A stretch of 64,000 bases of DNA, taken from Camelus dromedarius (Eukaryota). The DNA is taken from assembly GCF_036321535.1 (NCBI RefSeq), contig NC_087436.1, positions 34,970,001 through 35,034,000 of the forward strand, written 5' to 3'. The notes beneath the pieces were generated by a model, which saw only the letters and a list, made by a program, of their open reading frames with translations, did no database searches and was not told where the DNA came from. Shown one piece after another: positions 26,771 to 39,870 of the stretch (position 1 is the stretch's first letter; every line of letters starts with the position of its first letter). The translations under genes were made by a program, and so were the position numbers.

Positions 26771-27299
26771 TCTTTTTTATGACTTTTTTTTTGGTATTGC
26801 CCGTGTACACATTTTTGTTACAATTATTTTAATTGTTATTTTGAAAAAAGCATAAATTGAAGAAAGATGACATTTACATATATCAGCACAAAGTATTCCC
26901 AGCAATCAGGTCTTCAATATTTGAGGGAATGCTTCTGTATTTTATAGTGAATCAGATGAGAGTAGAAAATTTTGCCAAGTGTATTCTTCACCGACATGCT
27001 TTTTTATTAATCAAAGTATTCCTTATGTATTTGAGTACTCTAAACTAACTTCTTAATTGATACATAAAAAGCTACTGTCAGAAGCAGCAATGCAATCATA
27101 ATTCAACTCAGGAGAAAATACTTTTAAGATGCAAAGCTCCTTTTGAGGCCATGGATGGGTAAGTAGTGAGAGGAAGTCATAAAAGTTCCTATAAATGTGG
27201 TTAAAATATAGAACTCTGTGTTCTAGATTATGATGCAGTGGTGAAGACTGAAACACATTCAAACACCCACATAAGGCATCGTGCAATAGGTTTTATAAA

Positions 27300-27740
27300 T
27301 ACATACCAGTTATAAATGCCATAAGATGTGAAAGAGGGAGATTCTTTGTGCATAGGGGTATTTGAGAAGGTGTCTTTGGGGAAGGTGTTGCATGAACTGA
27401 TACCTGAAGGGTATCCATGGAATAAAAGCCCTTTCAGACAGTAAGAACAGCTTGAGTCAAGGGCAGGCATTGGAGAGAGCAGGGTGTGTTTAGACAGGGT
27501 AAGGCCCTGGGGTACGAGAAGAAGGGCAGAACACTTGGGGACAGACCAGTCAGGAAAGAGCCAAACCAGATCAGGATTTGTAAACCAGGTTGCAGACTTC
27601 TGAATTTTCTTCTATAAGAAATTGAGAGCACTTGAAGATTTTTTCCAACCAAGTTCACATGTTCAAATGATAACTTGTGGATTGGTATGAGGAAAAACTC
27701 AGAACACTGAGACAAGAGGAGGCTGTGGGAATGGTACAAA
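27300..27740 (-). mobile_element. L2 fragment
   Basis: Purine-rich 'gaaggtgttgcatgaactgatacctgaagg...tgaattttcttctataagaaattgagagcacttgaagattttt'. Confidence 0.65.
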
Positions 27741-28129
27741 AACATCAGCCTCCTCTGTGTGAAGCATGGCTCTGCCTGGTAGAGCAAAAGCAATAAAATG
27801 TGGGCTTGCCTGCAGGAACAGCTCCAAAGGAGACACGTCTCATACCTCTTTTCACATATTTTGAATCTGGAATTTTTGTTAACATCCTGAAGAGAAACAC
27901 ATGTCTGGCATTATTCATGATTACCTTCAGTGAAAAGGTGATTCAAAAGCAATTGCCTGTCTCCATTAAGGGGCGTTTAACCAGGACTATTGCAGAGGTC
28001 ATGTATACTTAAATCAATACAAATATACCAGTTTGGATTTTGCTCCTTTAAGAGTTTCAGGTTAGAGTATTTTTAATACCCACACTAAAGTCTGTTCTAA
28101 TTAAGGATGGTTTTTCCTCGAAACTATGA

Positions 28130-28172
28130 ATGTATGTATGTATGTATGTATGTATGTATGTATGTATGTATG
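28130..28172. repeat. (ATGT)n tetranucleotide microsatellite
   Basis: About 10 perfect ATGT units. Confidence 0.95.
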
Positions 28173-31100
28173 CATTCAACAAAATATTGTGCAGTAAGCT
28201 TCTTCCAGAGATAATTTCCTGAGATATGGTCTTATTTACAGCCTTTGATCCATTAACTCAAGAAGCTAAGAGTTACTTCTGGAATTCTTTGGAAAAGTTA
28301 CACCAGTTAAGTACCTGGCTCACATTCTAAGAAATGCCTTTGTGGTTTAAAGAAGCTTAAGCAGAAGCCCTCAGTGCTGATTTGCCCACAGTGTCAAACA
28401 TCAGCGGAATTTTCCAGTGGGCCTTTAGGAGTTCAGTATTTGCTTTAATTAGGAAGATACCTGGGTGTTTAACTTTTCAAGCTATTGGAGCAGAACTTGA
28501 GTAAATGACCCTATTTGCTTAGAGAAATAAAGCTAACAGTGTCACAGATGCTCCATAAAGCAACACAGAATTGCAAATGGGAGGTAAGGGAAATAACAGA
28601 AGAGAAATTTACATCTAAGAAAATTTTATCCAGACATGTAGCTGTGTTTCTTTTACCAAGCACTGCCAAAACAATACATAATTACCAGGGAAAACCAAAG
28701 GAAACCTGTTTTCATAATAGAATATCCACACAAATATTCATTTTATGTTGCTGGGACTGGGTTGCAATATCAGTAGAATCTGAGCAATTTCCAGCAATAT
28801 CATTTTTCTGGTTATCAAGAGAGCCTTTATATTTGAGTTTTTGTTTAGACTATGGGCTCTTCAGCTAAGTGAGGAAACTTCTATAAACTCTTCAAAACTT
28901 GAGTTTGTGGTTCAAGTCATTTTTAAAAGAAAAGCTATGATAAAAATCTAAGGTTCCTTTAAGAAGTAAATTGGTGCCAGAAGGTTCTGGAAAGGAATAG
29001 TTATGAAACAGCTGAAGCCTGAAGAACTTATAAAAGAAAGTACTTTAGTATATATTAACTTTTATGCCAGTTGGTCATTTTATAGGATAGGAATCTCTTA
29101 GAAAGTAGAGAAATTAAAGAAAACAAACACTTTTTACCAGAAAGAGACCCTTTTAGAGGTTTGAGCAGATCTGGAATGTGATATTGCCTCCTGAAAAGAT
29201 CTATAAACTGAGGTGAATATTTTTCTCCTACCTGAGGCCACTTGGAGCAGAAAGCTGTAAACATTAGGAAACCTAGTCTGGGTGAACTGAGAGCTAATCA
29301 GAAGTCCTAAAAAGGCATCTTAATACTTTGTCCCTAATCAGCTGTGAGCGGTATTTATAAAGGAATAAACACTTTTCTCCCAGATAAATTTAAAGAGCAC
29401 TTTCTCTGAGGGCTACGTCTACTGAGGCTGTTTTCAGCACCGAAGCACTAGTGCTGGGAGTCCACAGAGAGTCACTGAGTGACTCTGAATTTTGGAAAAT
29501 GCCTTGAATGAGTTAGAACACGACTTAAATTTGCAATGGTTGGTAAAAACTAAAGTGTACTAAAAAAGGTTACTTCTTCGAAATTTGTTCTCAGTATTAT
29601 CATTTTATAACACATGAGCAACATGAGTAAATGTTTAAAACGGTAACTGCTGCGTTTTATTATTTTATCAGAGATATTGGATGAATAGGAAAGAAATAGA
29701 AATGACTAAGAATTTAAGGCCGTGACCAGTGGTGCATGGAAACGTATTCACCCCTTCTACCCAGTAACAGCCACCGTATATGACTGTAGAACATATGTAA
29801 AAAGTTGCTTTGCCTAATTAACTCTAGTTTATGGAGAGAGGAGAGAGAATAATAAGACAGTATTCTGGACAAGTACAAGAAACAGTAGTTGTAACTTTTT
29901 CATATCTCTGACGTACAACAGAATCTGAATTCCAAATCTGGTCATTTCAAGGATTTCATCAAGCAGTAACTTAACCTCCAAGGTTTATCTCTTTGCTTTT
30001 AAAGGATTATTCATGAAACTAAGGGCCTATAGCCATTCTGAAATAATCCAATTTGCTGGGGACACATGATGTATAATTCTACCTCACTCTTAGGGGCCAC
30101 TTTTCTTCTAAGCCTTTATATTAGTATCATGTTACTAACCCTCTAAGCTTCCCTGTGAGGCATATTTCAATTGTCTCACGTTATTTTGGAAAAGTTAAAC
30201 CACAGAGAAATTGGAAACCTGTCCTAAGTTAATGTATATTATAACATACACCATATATTATTTGTGATGTGTGTTTATTTGTCTTTATTCTCACTTAGCA
30301 AAATGCATAACAAAAGAGACCAGAGGGAATAGAAAGTAGGCTGTCTAATTCATTACCCATTTAACAGATAGCAAAACTGAGTTTTAGAAAAGTTGTAAAC
30401 CATTTGCTTGGATTTAGTTTGAGAGGCTACGAAGCAACATATCAGAATTGCCATATAAAGAGCAACTATATGAATGTCCTTCATCTTGATAAAAATCTAT
30501 TTAAATAAAGAAGGAAAAATTTAAACAAAACTTTAAAATTTTAATTTGAAATAAATATGTAATCTTCTTAGGAAAATAAGTTGAACTGTTTTGGTTTTCT
30601 GTCATGGAGGGTTGAATCCAGTTTTTTTGCAAGTATGGAAACTGGAGATGTCTCAAAGAAAGATAACAAACTTGCAAATGCAAAATTAGCTATATATAAA
30701 TACTTACTGAGAATAAGAAAAGTCTCAATAGGGCCCAAATTTTTCCAAGATTACAAATACAATAAGCATCAAAATGCTGAAAAAGCATAATAGTTGTATT
30801 AATTTATTGACTGTCCCTAATTTTTTGATTTACTCTTTATATGACAATAACTTTGTAATATTTTCTAGAGAGATCAGGGAGATAATTTAGTCTTTGATTT
30901 GGTACACTTGAAAATGTATTTTTTGATAGTTTAAAATGTTTCACTTAGCCTCATAAATCACTACTAATAATGTTATAAAGAATTGCTGTCAAGTATAGGT
31001 GGAAATCTCTACCCAGTGCCTTTCATATAAGACCTTACGATTAAGGCATTTCAAGTTTCCATGAGCAATGTAGTCACAATGCTTTTTGAATTGACCACAA

Positions 31101-32269
31101 TCAAAGAACCTCTAAGTCTGTTCCTTTGAGTCAAGGAGCATTAAGAGGATTCCTGGAAGTTATCTCTGCATCCAGGCAGTTAGTAATCATTTATCTGCAT
31201 ACTTAAGTGACCACAAACCACATAGATATATCCCACTAAACCCAAACTCAAAGTATCCTCAAGGTAACTTTTCTTTAGCCACATTCCAAATATGTTTGTG
31301 GCCACTCCATCATTGCCTGACATTAGGGGGAAAGTTGGGATGGAAGGAGACGGCAGTCTTAATTAACTGTGGTTGAAATGTCTTACTATTACAAATATCA
31401 CAAAACTTATTATGACTTTGTGAATGTTTCTAGGAATCCTTCTGGGAAAGAGCCTGTATACGTGAAAGGCTAAATCACGGTAAATATGTCTCTGCTAAAT
31501 TTAAAAAACTAATGAAGCTACAGATTTATGTAAAATTTAGAGTACTAATATGGGTAGAAATTAAGACACATCTTGATAGACATCCTTTAGTTATGTAATA
31601 AATTATTAATGATGTGAGTTGATTGTAATAACATGTACCATAGCAATATGAAGTATGAATGGTAGTGTTAATACTAAAGAAAAGATTTTTATGAAGGAAT
31701 GGTAATTTTTAAAAAAAACTGAGTGGATCCTAACATAATGGTAAATCCCCCAAATTAAATTTTTAATAATTTAAAAAATTTAAAAGGCATTACCTACAGC
31801 TGAGATTGTGGAGGAAATGGCCCATTAATTAATAAAATGTTTAAGCGTTTGACCAGCATAATGAGAAATCTGAGCACTTTTCAGAATATTAAGGTAATCT
31901 TTTGATGGTAAAAAAAAAAAAATGTACAGACAGCAGCTATCAAAGGCCCAAATGTATCAGTCAATATTGTTTGAGGACTTCTGACAAAGAGACGACATAT
32001 ACTAAGAGGAAATTGGTATGTAGGTAAAAATGTTTTGGGCTGCCATTTGTTTAGTAATGGCTGCTGTGAGATGGAGAATGTAAAATATTTAATGACACAG
32101 TAGCTTGGAAATCACTACTCCAAAATAAGAATTTTTTCATTGTTTTGTGTGACCATGAATATAAACATAAAAATGAGTACATCTGAAACTAACATTGTAA
32201 GTCAACTATTCTTCAATAAAAAGTGAAAGTGAAAAAATGTCATATGATTATTTTTACTGAATACTCTTT

Positions 32270-32675
32270 CCATTTTACAGTAATATATATGCTAGACTTT
32301 GAAAGGTCATTATTATCCATCACACTGTGACTAATTTTTTTTTCTTGCTTCTCATCAAAAGAGCAGATTTCTTACTTCTTGTTAAAATTTACCCAAATTT
32401 TGTAACGATATTTTTAGAGTCCTTATCTTTCAGAGATACACACTGAAATATAGTATAATATGTAACAGATAATATTATAATATAATGTTATATATACTAA
32501 GAGTATAATGTATTATAATATATACTAATACAAATAATACTGTGTATGGGATTTTGCCCATAAGCTGGGCCTCATTAAAGGTGGGTACATAGCGTTTATT
32601 ATTCTGCTGTCTCTAATTTTGTATGTTTTAAATTTTCCACAATAAAAATTAAAGCAAGAAAAAATGAAAAAAAAA
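32270..32675 (+). mobile_element. L1MC-like 3' end with AT low-complexity insert
   Basis: 'gagtccttatctttcagagatacacactgaaata' and 'gggtacatagcgtttattattctgctgtctctaattttgtatgttttaaattttccacaataaaaa'. Confidence 0.75.
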
Positions 32676-32814
32676 TCCTATAAGCAGTGAACAAGACAGT
32701 TAAGTAGTTAAATGCTCAGTTTTCTCAGTGATAATTTCCTTATTTTGATATATCCTCTTTAAAGTCCCTGTTATCTTATTTCTGCTCTACTTCAGGGACT
32801 AGGCATCTCAGTGT

Positions 32815-32990
32815 GGAGAGACTTTATAGTATGGGGACTGTGTTTGGAATCCAACAGACCAGGCCCTGAATCTGACAGTCTGACCAAGGGCAAGAAGTTA
32901 CTTCACCTCAACTCTTCATTTTCTGTTTCTGTGTGGGTTCAACTCTACTTCAAAGAGGGTAAAATAACGTACATGTCCAACAGTACTTCC
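32815..32990 (+). mobile_element. MIR SINE
   Basis: 'ttggaatccaacagaccaggc...tgaccaagggcaagaagttacttcacctc'. Confidence 0.65.
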
Positions 32991-33754
32991 TATGCAGCAT
33001 GTGCCAATTCATTTCTATCTGTCTCTAGGACAAATAAAAGGCATCTGAGGTCCACAGACTCACCCAGCAGGCCACTCTACGCTATGGAGGTGGAGCTTAT
33101 TCATGAAGCTCTGCAGGTGCTGCATGAGCTTTTCCCAAAGTTTCTCCTGTGTAAACCCAGTGCAGTATAGTTTTTAGCAGATCAAAATATGGAAGAAGAA
33201 TTCCAAGAATTCTCTCTCTTCCCCACCAGCTCTCCCCCCTCACCCCCAACTCCTTCTCCCTCTCCATCACTATCTCTTTTTCCCTCCTTTCTAGAGAGAG
33301 AAGGAAGGAGGGAAGTGAATGAAGACAAGAACAGGGGCATACAAAATTTCTATTAAGAACATTTAGAAGGTTTTAAAATTTTATCTTACTTGCCAAACGC
33401 AGAACTTATAAATAGGAAAAGGAGTGCTGGTTGTTCTCTCAGAGAGTGTTTCCTCCATCAGTCGCTGGGGTAACATACCGTCAGAGACAAACGGGAAATC
33501 AGTGGCCATGGGCTTGCTGTCCTGGCCGGGACCTTCTTTTCATGCCACATGTTTACAAACACGCTGTGTTCCCCCTGACAAAAGCGGACATAGACACTCA
33601 GGGACTTCAAGGCTTTCCACTGTGTGTGTGAACTGGTTTCATTTAAGAGCTCCTGCTGTCAATTCTCAGCCAACAGAGAGGATGGGGGTGAGGAGTGTCA
33701 GTGACCGACTGAAAGCTTGCTTGGACAGAAGGCTTAACTCTACAGGCTCACTAA

Positions 33755-33778
33755 TGTGTGTGTGTGTGTGTGTGTGTA
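33755..33778. repeat. (TG)n microsatellite
   Basis: About 11 TG units. Confidence 0.95.
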
Positions 33779-34631
33779 TTAAGATGAATAGACACTCAAG
33801 ATTAGAATTTGTTATGAAAAAGAAAACTTGGCTTTCATGACTGTAATCTGAGCCAGAAAACACTGAACTTTAATGTTAGTATCTCTGTTTCCTGGAGGTC
33901 CCGCGGTGGTGCAGGAAGGGGGATTCAGTCCCAGAAAGCAGTAGGAAAATAAAGGACTGCTTTGTGAGCTTGTGAGGGCCCTCCTGTCCTGTGACTGTTT
34001 GCTGCTACTTATTCACAATGGCAATGGTTCCTCTCAAACGGCCTGTTTGGATTAACACCGAGAGATTTCTTGATACCTCCTAACCTTGGGCTATTTTGAT
34101 TCAGGAGTCAAGAACCAGTGGCACAAAAACCACACTTAAATCCCTCATTCTCTGCCTCAGTGTGGTCCCTTTGCATTGCCCTTAATTAAGTACTTTGAAG
34201 ACCCTGATAGGTGCTCCTAAGAGGGCCACAGAGATGCTTTTCCTGTAACAACATCACATGCCCCACAGGGGTTTCTTCTGTGCTGCCCTCAGCAGTTGCA
34301 AGGCTTGGTGGGGCTGCAGAACTCAGGATTAGCAATTCAGTCTTCGCCAAGACTCACCTAACAGGCATTTCTAGTATTCCCGGAGGGTTTTCTGATGTTT
34401 GCGTATAGATTCAGGGTAGAGGTTAAGATTTCTACTCTTTACTGTCAGGAAGGGGAAGGAGGGGTAGGCAGCTGGTAGGGAAGGACACTATGTGTGTGTG
34501 TGGCCCTGTGTAAAACTGGAAGCAGCTTTGGGAGAGGTATTTCAGGGACAACAAAAAGAAAGAAATTAGACATTTTTCCCTGATGTCTGCAGTTGTTCAG
34601 TCCCTTTGGCTGAAGACTTTCTCTTCAATGC

Positions 34632-34745
34632 ATACATTCATTCAACAAACATTTATTGAGCATATATTATACACCAGCCATTGCCCTAGACACTGAAGAT
34701 GTAGCAGTGAGTAAAACAGACAAGGTCCCCGTTCTAAGAAGCATC
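34632..34745 (-). mobile_element. L2 3' end
   Basis: 'cattcattcaacaaacatttattgagc...gcagtgagtaaaacagacaaggtcccc'. Confidence 0.85.
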
Positions 34746-35774
34746 ATTCAAATCTAATGATTGAATAGTAGGAATTTGGATTTTTCAGTCAATAATATAT
34801 TATTGGAAGTAAATTTATCAGCTCTTTTCCTTAGGGAAGGTTTCAGGAGTGATATAAGAGGGAAATTGAAGAATTAAGTACTAAAATCATCCCTTGGGAT
34901 ATAAGTGATGTGTGTATGTGTTTATGGAAAAAGGAGATTTGAAGTCTAGAGATTAAACCTTTCCTTACTTGTCATTCTTATCTGACAAGAACCAAGCACA
35001 ATAGAAGAGGTTGACTTTGGACTTAAGTGAGACTGAATAAAACGGAACACTGAGGATGGTGAAGCTAAACAAATGTCTAAAGTTTGTAGATAGTTTTGAA
35101 AGGAAATATGAGTCTTCATGAGAAAAACAGCCAGAGACTAATTTGCTTCCCTGCCACCTCTCAAATCAACCTCTAGCAATTCCCTTCTATCAGGAATCAG
35201 ACTTAATTACTAGCATTATAAGATGTGGCTAGAAGAAATAGATAGCTTATATCTTGGGTTTGTCCTTTGCAATGAAAAGTGAAAACCCAGAAGAAAGCCT
35301 TAAAACAATAAATATTACAGATTCAAGAAGATTCATTTAAACCTGTCTGTGTTCTTCCTTTCTCTCTTATAAACTATATACAGGTATGAAGTGGAGACAA
35401 AAATCTTTTTTGTTTTTCAGTGTAGTGCTAAAACGTCTTTTGTCTTGCTCAACATTGAAGATTTCTTTTTCCCAAATAAGTTTATAAACCAAATATTTAG
35501 CAAAAGAAGCATTCTGAGTAAAGATAACTAATGAATTATATAGAATATGTTTCACATCTTGTTTGAGAACATAAAAACGGACTCAAACCACTGAAGTTTT
35601 GGATTAGAACTAAGGAATATCAGTCTTCTTTTGCATTTATTTTCTATATCATGCATTTGGCATTTCATCATTGAGGTTTGATATTCATAAGAGTTTAAAT
35701 TGTTTTTTGTTTATTTCAAGATATTTACACATCTTGACTAAAAAGAAAATATCCATTATAAAACTTTAAGTTTC

Positions 35775-36425
35775 CTAGACAAAAACTCTAATTCTAAAAG
35801 ATACATGCACCTCAATGTTCATAATAGCACTATTTAAAATAGTCAGGATGTGGAAACAACCTAAATGTTCATTGACAAATGAATGGATAAAAAAGATATG
35901 ATATAGATAGACAGATAGATAGGCAGATAGATATAGATATAGGAATGAAAAAATGCCATTAGCAGAAACATGGATGGACCTATCATATTTAGAAATTATT
36001 ATGCTAAGTGAAGTAAGTTAGGCAGAAAAAAACAAGTATCATGTGATATCACTCATATGTGGAATCTAAGGAAATGATACAAATGAACTTATTTACAAAA
36101 CAGAAATAGGCTCACAGACATAGAAAACAAACTTATAATTACCACAAGGGAAAGAAAGGGAAGGGATAAATTAGGAGTTTGGGATTAACAGATACACATG
36201 ACTATATGTAAACTAGAGAAATAACAAGGACCTACTGTATAGCACAGGGAACTATATTCAATATCTTATAGTAACTCCTAATAGAAAGAATGTGATACAC
36301 ACACACCACACACACACACACACATACATACATAAATACATATACACACAACTGGATCACTTTGCTGTACATCTGAAACTAACACAACTATACTAAATCA
36401 ACTATACTTCAATTTTTAAAATTAA
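35775..36425 (+). mobile_element. 5'-truncated artiodactyl-type L1 (ORF2 end + 3' UTR) with internal GATA and CA repeats
   Basis: 'aaaagatacatgcacctcaatgttcat', 'acaaatgaacttatttacaaaacagaaataggctcacagacatagaaaacaaactta', 'aacaaggacctactgtatagcacagggaactatattcaatatctt', 'tcactttgctgtacatctgaaactaacacaac...tcaactatacttcaat'. Confidence 0.92.
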
Positions 36426-38386
36426 GCTTATTAAGACTGAGACCATGACTTCTACTTCCTTTGTAGTCCTCATAGCTCCTGGTACCTAGTAAGCACAAAG
36501 TCCACACTTGTTAAATAAACTGAAGTAAGTCAAATGGAATAACTCTGGTGAAGCCCATCTAAAGACAAGGCAGTCAACTAGGTCCACAGAACTGGACAAT
36601 TCTTCTAAACTAAGGCTTCCTGGGTTACATCTTTTAATCTTTGACATTTTAGCCAAGCATAATTACTTGAATCATATAGTCAAATATATCACATTGACCT
36701 GAAGAAATCCAATCAGTGTTTTCATAATCAATTCTTCAGGAATGTAAAAAAATGTGTAGTATATAAATTTTCCAGCTGCTCTCTTTTGGAAATGGAGGTT
36801 TGGGTAAGTGGATGTAAAAGGAAATAAAGCATCATTGTAGAACTTTAGACTTTAACACCTAACAGAGAATTCATGAGAATAAAAAAAAAAGAATATGAGT
36901 CATCCTTTTGTATTCCAAAGAAAATGCCTTGGAGAGGTTACGAATAAAGAATATCCATCGAAGCAGAAAAATTCAAAAGGACGCAAGCCTCACCATTTCA
37001 ATGACAATGAACATGGTTTTCTGTTGGCTTGTAATTTCTCTGCAGATGTTACTTTGAGAGTTTGTATTTCTGCTAGATTTTAGCACGTAACACATGTCTT
37101 TGGTCCAATCACTGGGATTTGGTTAGGGAAGGCCAGCTGGAAATAGCTTCTGGAGACAAATCTTTGTTTTCCCAAGGTGAGCATATTTTTTGTTGTTGTT
37201 GTCTTGGTATAGAAAAGATCTTCTGTAAGTCAACCCACTGTAGTAAAATTATGACATAAATCTGTTTGAGTGTTCCCCAGGGAAGCAGTAGAACAAGCAT
37301 TAAGTTGACATGCTGTTTCCTCTATCCGCACCTGACGTTTACTGATTTCAGCTCATATCCCATCGACTTTGTATTTGGATTCAAGTAAATCCTAAGTCAT
37401 ATATAATTGGTTGCTGCACACAATTTAAACAGTTGGTGCTATGTGTCTCATCATTTCAATGGAACAAACTGTTATCACAGAATCACCTCCACTTCTCATA
37501 AGGCAATTGAATATTAATTTAGGAAATGTAGTAAGAACAAAAAGATGGATGGGAAACATTTGTCTTCAGAAGGGAAACTACAAATGCATGGTCTCATCTT
37601 CCCATGGTGATTTCTGACCAACGGACAATTACGATGAGTGTCCTGGTCACGTCCTCTGCTGTTGCTACTACTGACCTTCGCATCTAGTACTACCAATGTC
37701 CTGAACAGAACAAAACAACAGCAGCAAATAAAAACAGATGAACAACCGAAGAAAAACAGACAACATTTTCATTCAAAATGATAGGCTTGAATTCCAACCT
37801 TTTTATTTACTCATCATGGACTTGTGGGCAAGGTTTTTCATATCAGATTTCCCATTTTTATAGAAGAGACAAAGGTAAGGTGCTAACATTTACCCTTTGC
37901 AGTGAAAAGGAAATTTTGTTTATATCCCTAATGGGAAAAAATAATTAGTATATACCCGTCAATATTATTTCTTATTTATTAAACACAGTTGGCAGGGCAA
38001 AATATGGACTTCACAATCTGAAGTACCAGGGTCTTACTTTCTCTCTTTCTAGACCAAAATAATCTCCTGACACTGAATAAATCACGTAACCCAACTCCAG
38101 CATTCTGCAGCGTGTTTCCAAAGAAGATGACTAAAGAGTACATTCTGTCATTTTAGAGTCATCGTTGCTACCAGGTTTTCCTAAAGTGTCACTTAAATTA
38201 CTTTTGGTTAGGTTTAAATATGTTTATGCTTGCTATTCCTTGTTATTCCAAGAATTTCTCTTCATCTTTGTGAAGGTTTTATGAAAACAACTGTATAGAA
38301 CATTTATATTTTGGGGTATGGAGGGCTCTCATGTCTCATCTCACATAATGCTCATTGTAACCCTGGCTAAGTAGACAGTGATTCAT

Positions 38387-38860
38387 TGTTATGGATTGAA
38401 ATGTGTTCCCTTCAACAGCAACAACAAAAAAGATTTGTTGAAGCCCTAACTTCCAGTACCTAAGAAAGTGACCTTAGACTAGTTGTAGATATAATCAGTT
38501 ACTATGAAGACAGACTGGATGGTAAGGTGGACGTTTAATCCAGCATGGCTGATGTCCTTACAAGAAGATGATGGCCATGTGAAGACAGAGACATATAGGG
38601 AGGATGCTATGTGATAGGAAAAGCAGGCACTGGTTGGGCAGCTGCAAGACGAGGAACGTCAAGGATTGCCAGCAAGCTACCGGAGGCCAGGAAGAGGCAA
38701 GGAAGAATTCCCCTGCGAGTTTTAGAAGGAAAATGGCCCTGCTGACATCTTGATTTTGAACACCTCGTTTCCAGAACTATGAGATAATAAATACATTTCT
38801 GTTGTTTTAAGGTACCCAGCTGGTGATACTTTGTTACAGCAGTCCTAGGAAACTAACAGA
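38387..38860 (+). mobile_element. MaLR solo LTR, MLT1C-like
   Basis: 'tgttatggattgaaatgtgttccc...ggaggccaggaagaggcaaggaagaattcccct...tttgttacagcagtcctaggaaactaa'. Confidence 0.9.
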
Positions 38861-39726
38861 TGAGTCCACGGCACTAGCAAATATTCACCAATTACTAAGC
38901 TTGCATCACACACCAAGAAGTCTCACAGTCTATAAGGTATTTCCCAGTATGTTTTATATTTTACAGATTAAGAAATTAAGGCTTAGAAAGTTAACTGATT
39001 TGAGCCAAATCTGTACAACTAGCACATGGCAGAATTTGGTTACAATTGTTTTTGATTCATGAACCTGAGAATAGGAATCATTAGTTCAACTTTGAAGATG
39101 AGGAAATTGAGAGTCAGAGATCTATACCCCCTTTACCTTATCTTTTTGAGGCTAAATGCATTCATTTCCTGTGTGCTCTCTCCCGAACATTTTCTTGGTT
39201 ACCCTTTTGCTTTCCCTAAGTAGACCACATGTCCCCTCATTTTCGGTACCCTAGACTGAGTGAGTCATCTGATAAAACTAAGATCAGTGGAGCATTTAAG
39301 AGAGGATGACCCTGCTGTTCAGACATACTTTAATCAAATTAGCACTTCATAGGGCTACTCTTAAATAACAGATGAGTTTAGTGCCTGTTTCTTAATAGTA
39401 TTAATAATTTTTAAATTATAATAATAACCATTATTTATTGAGCACAACTTAGATATTACATTAGGTTTCTAAATACATTACTTTAAATCTTGCAAAAGTC
39501 CTACAAGATCTTTATTATTGTATTGTTTGTAGTTCAGAGGAGAGCTCCATAAGAGAAAAATAAATTCTGTTTTATCTTCCTGGGTAGGTCTGGCATCTAC
39601 TGCATCACAGGGAATAAATTCTAGAGGTAAGGGACTTTTGTAGGGTCACTCAAAATATAGATAGCCACTATAGAACCAAAACTAGAAGCCAGATTTTTTA
39701 AATTATAATGTAGAATTACTTATACC

Positions 39727-39870
39727 AGTAGTTCTCAAATATTGGTTACCTAAAGAATTATCTGGAAGGTTTATTTAAAACACAGGAGACTGGTCTCTTT
39801 TACACTAAGGCTCAGGAAGCTAAACTTTAAACATTTCCCATAAGTTCTTAAGCACTATAAATCACTAAAA
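39727..39870. mobile_element. MER5-like hAT MITE
   Basis: 'cagtagttctcaaatattgg...agaattatctggaaggtttatttaaaacacag'. Confidence 0.6.
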
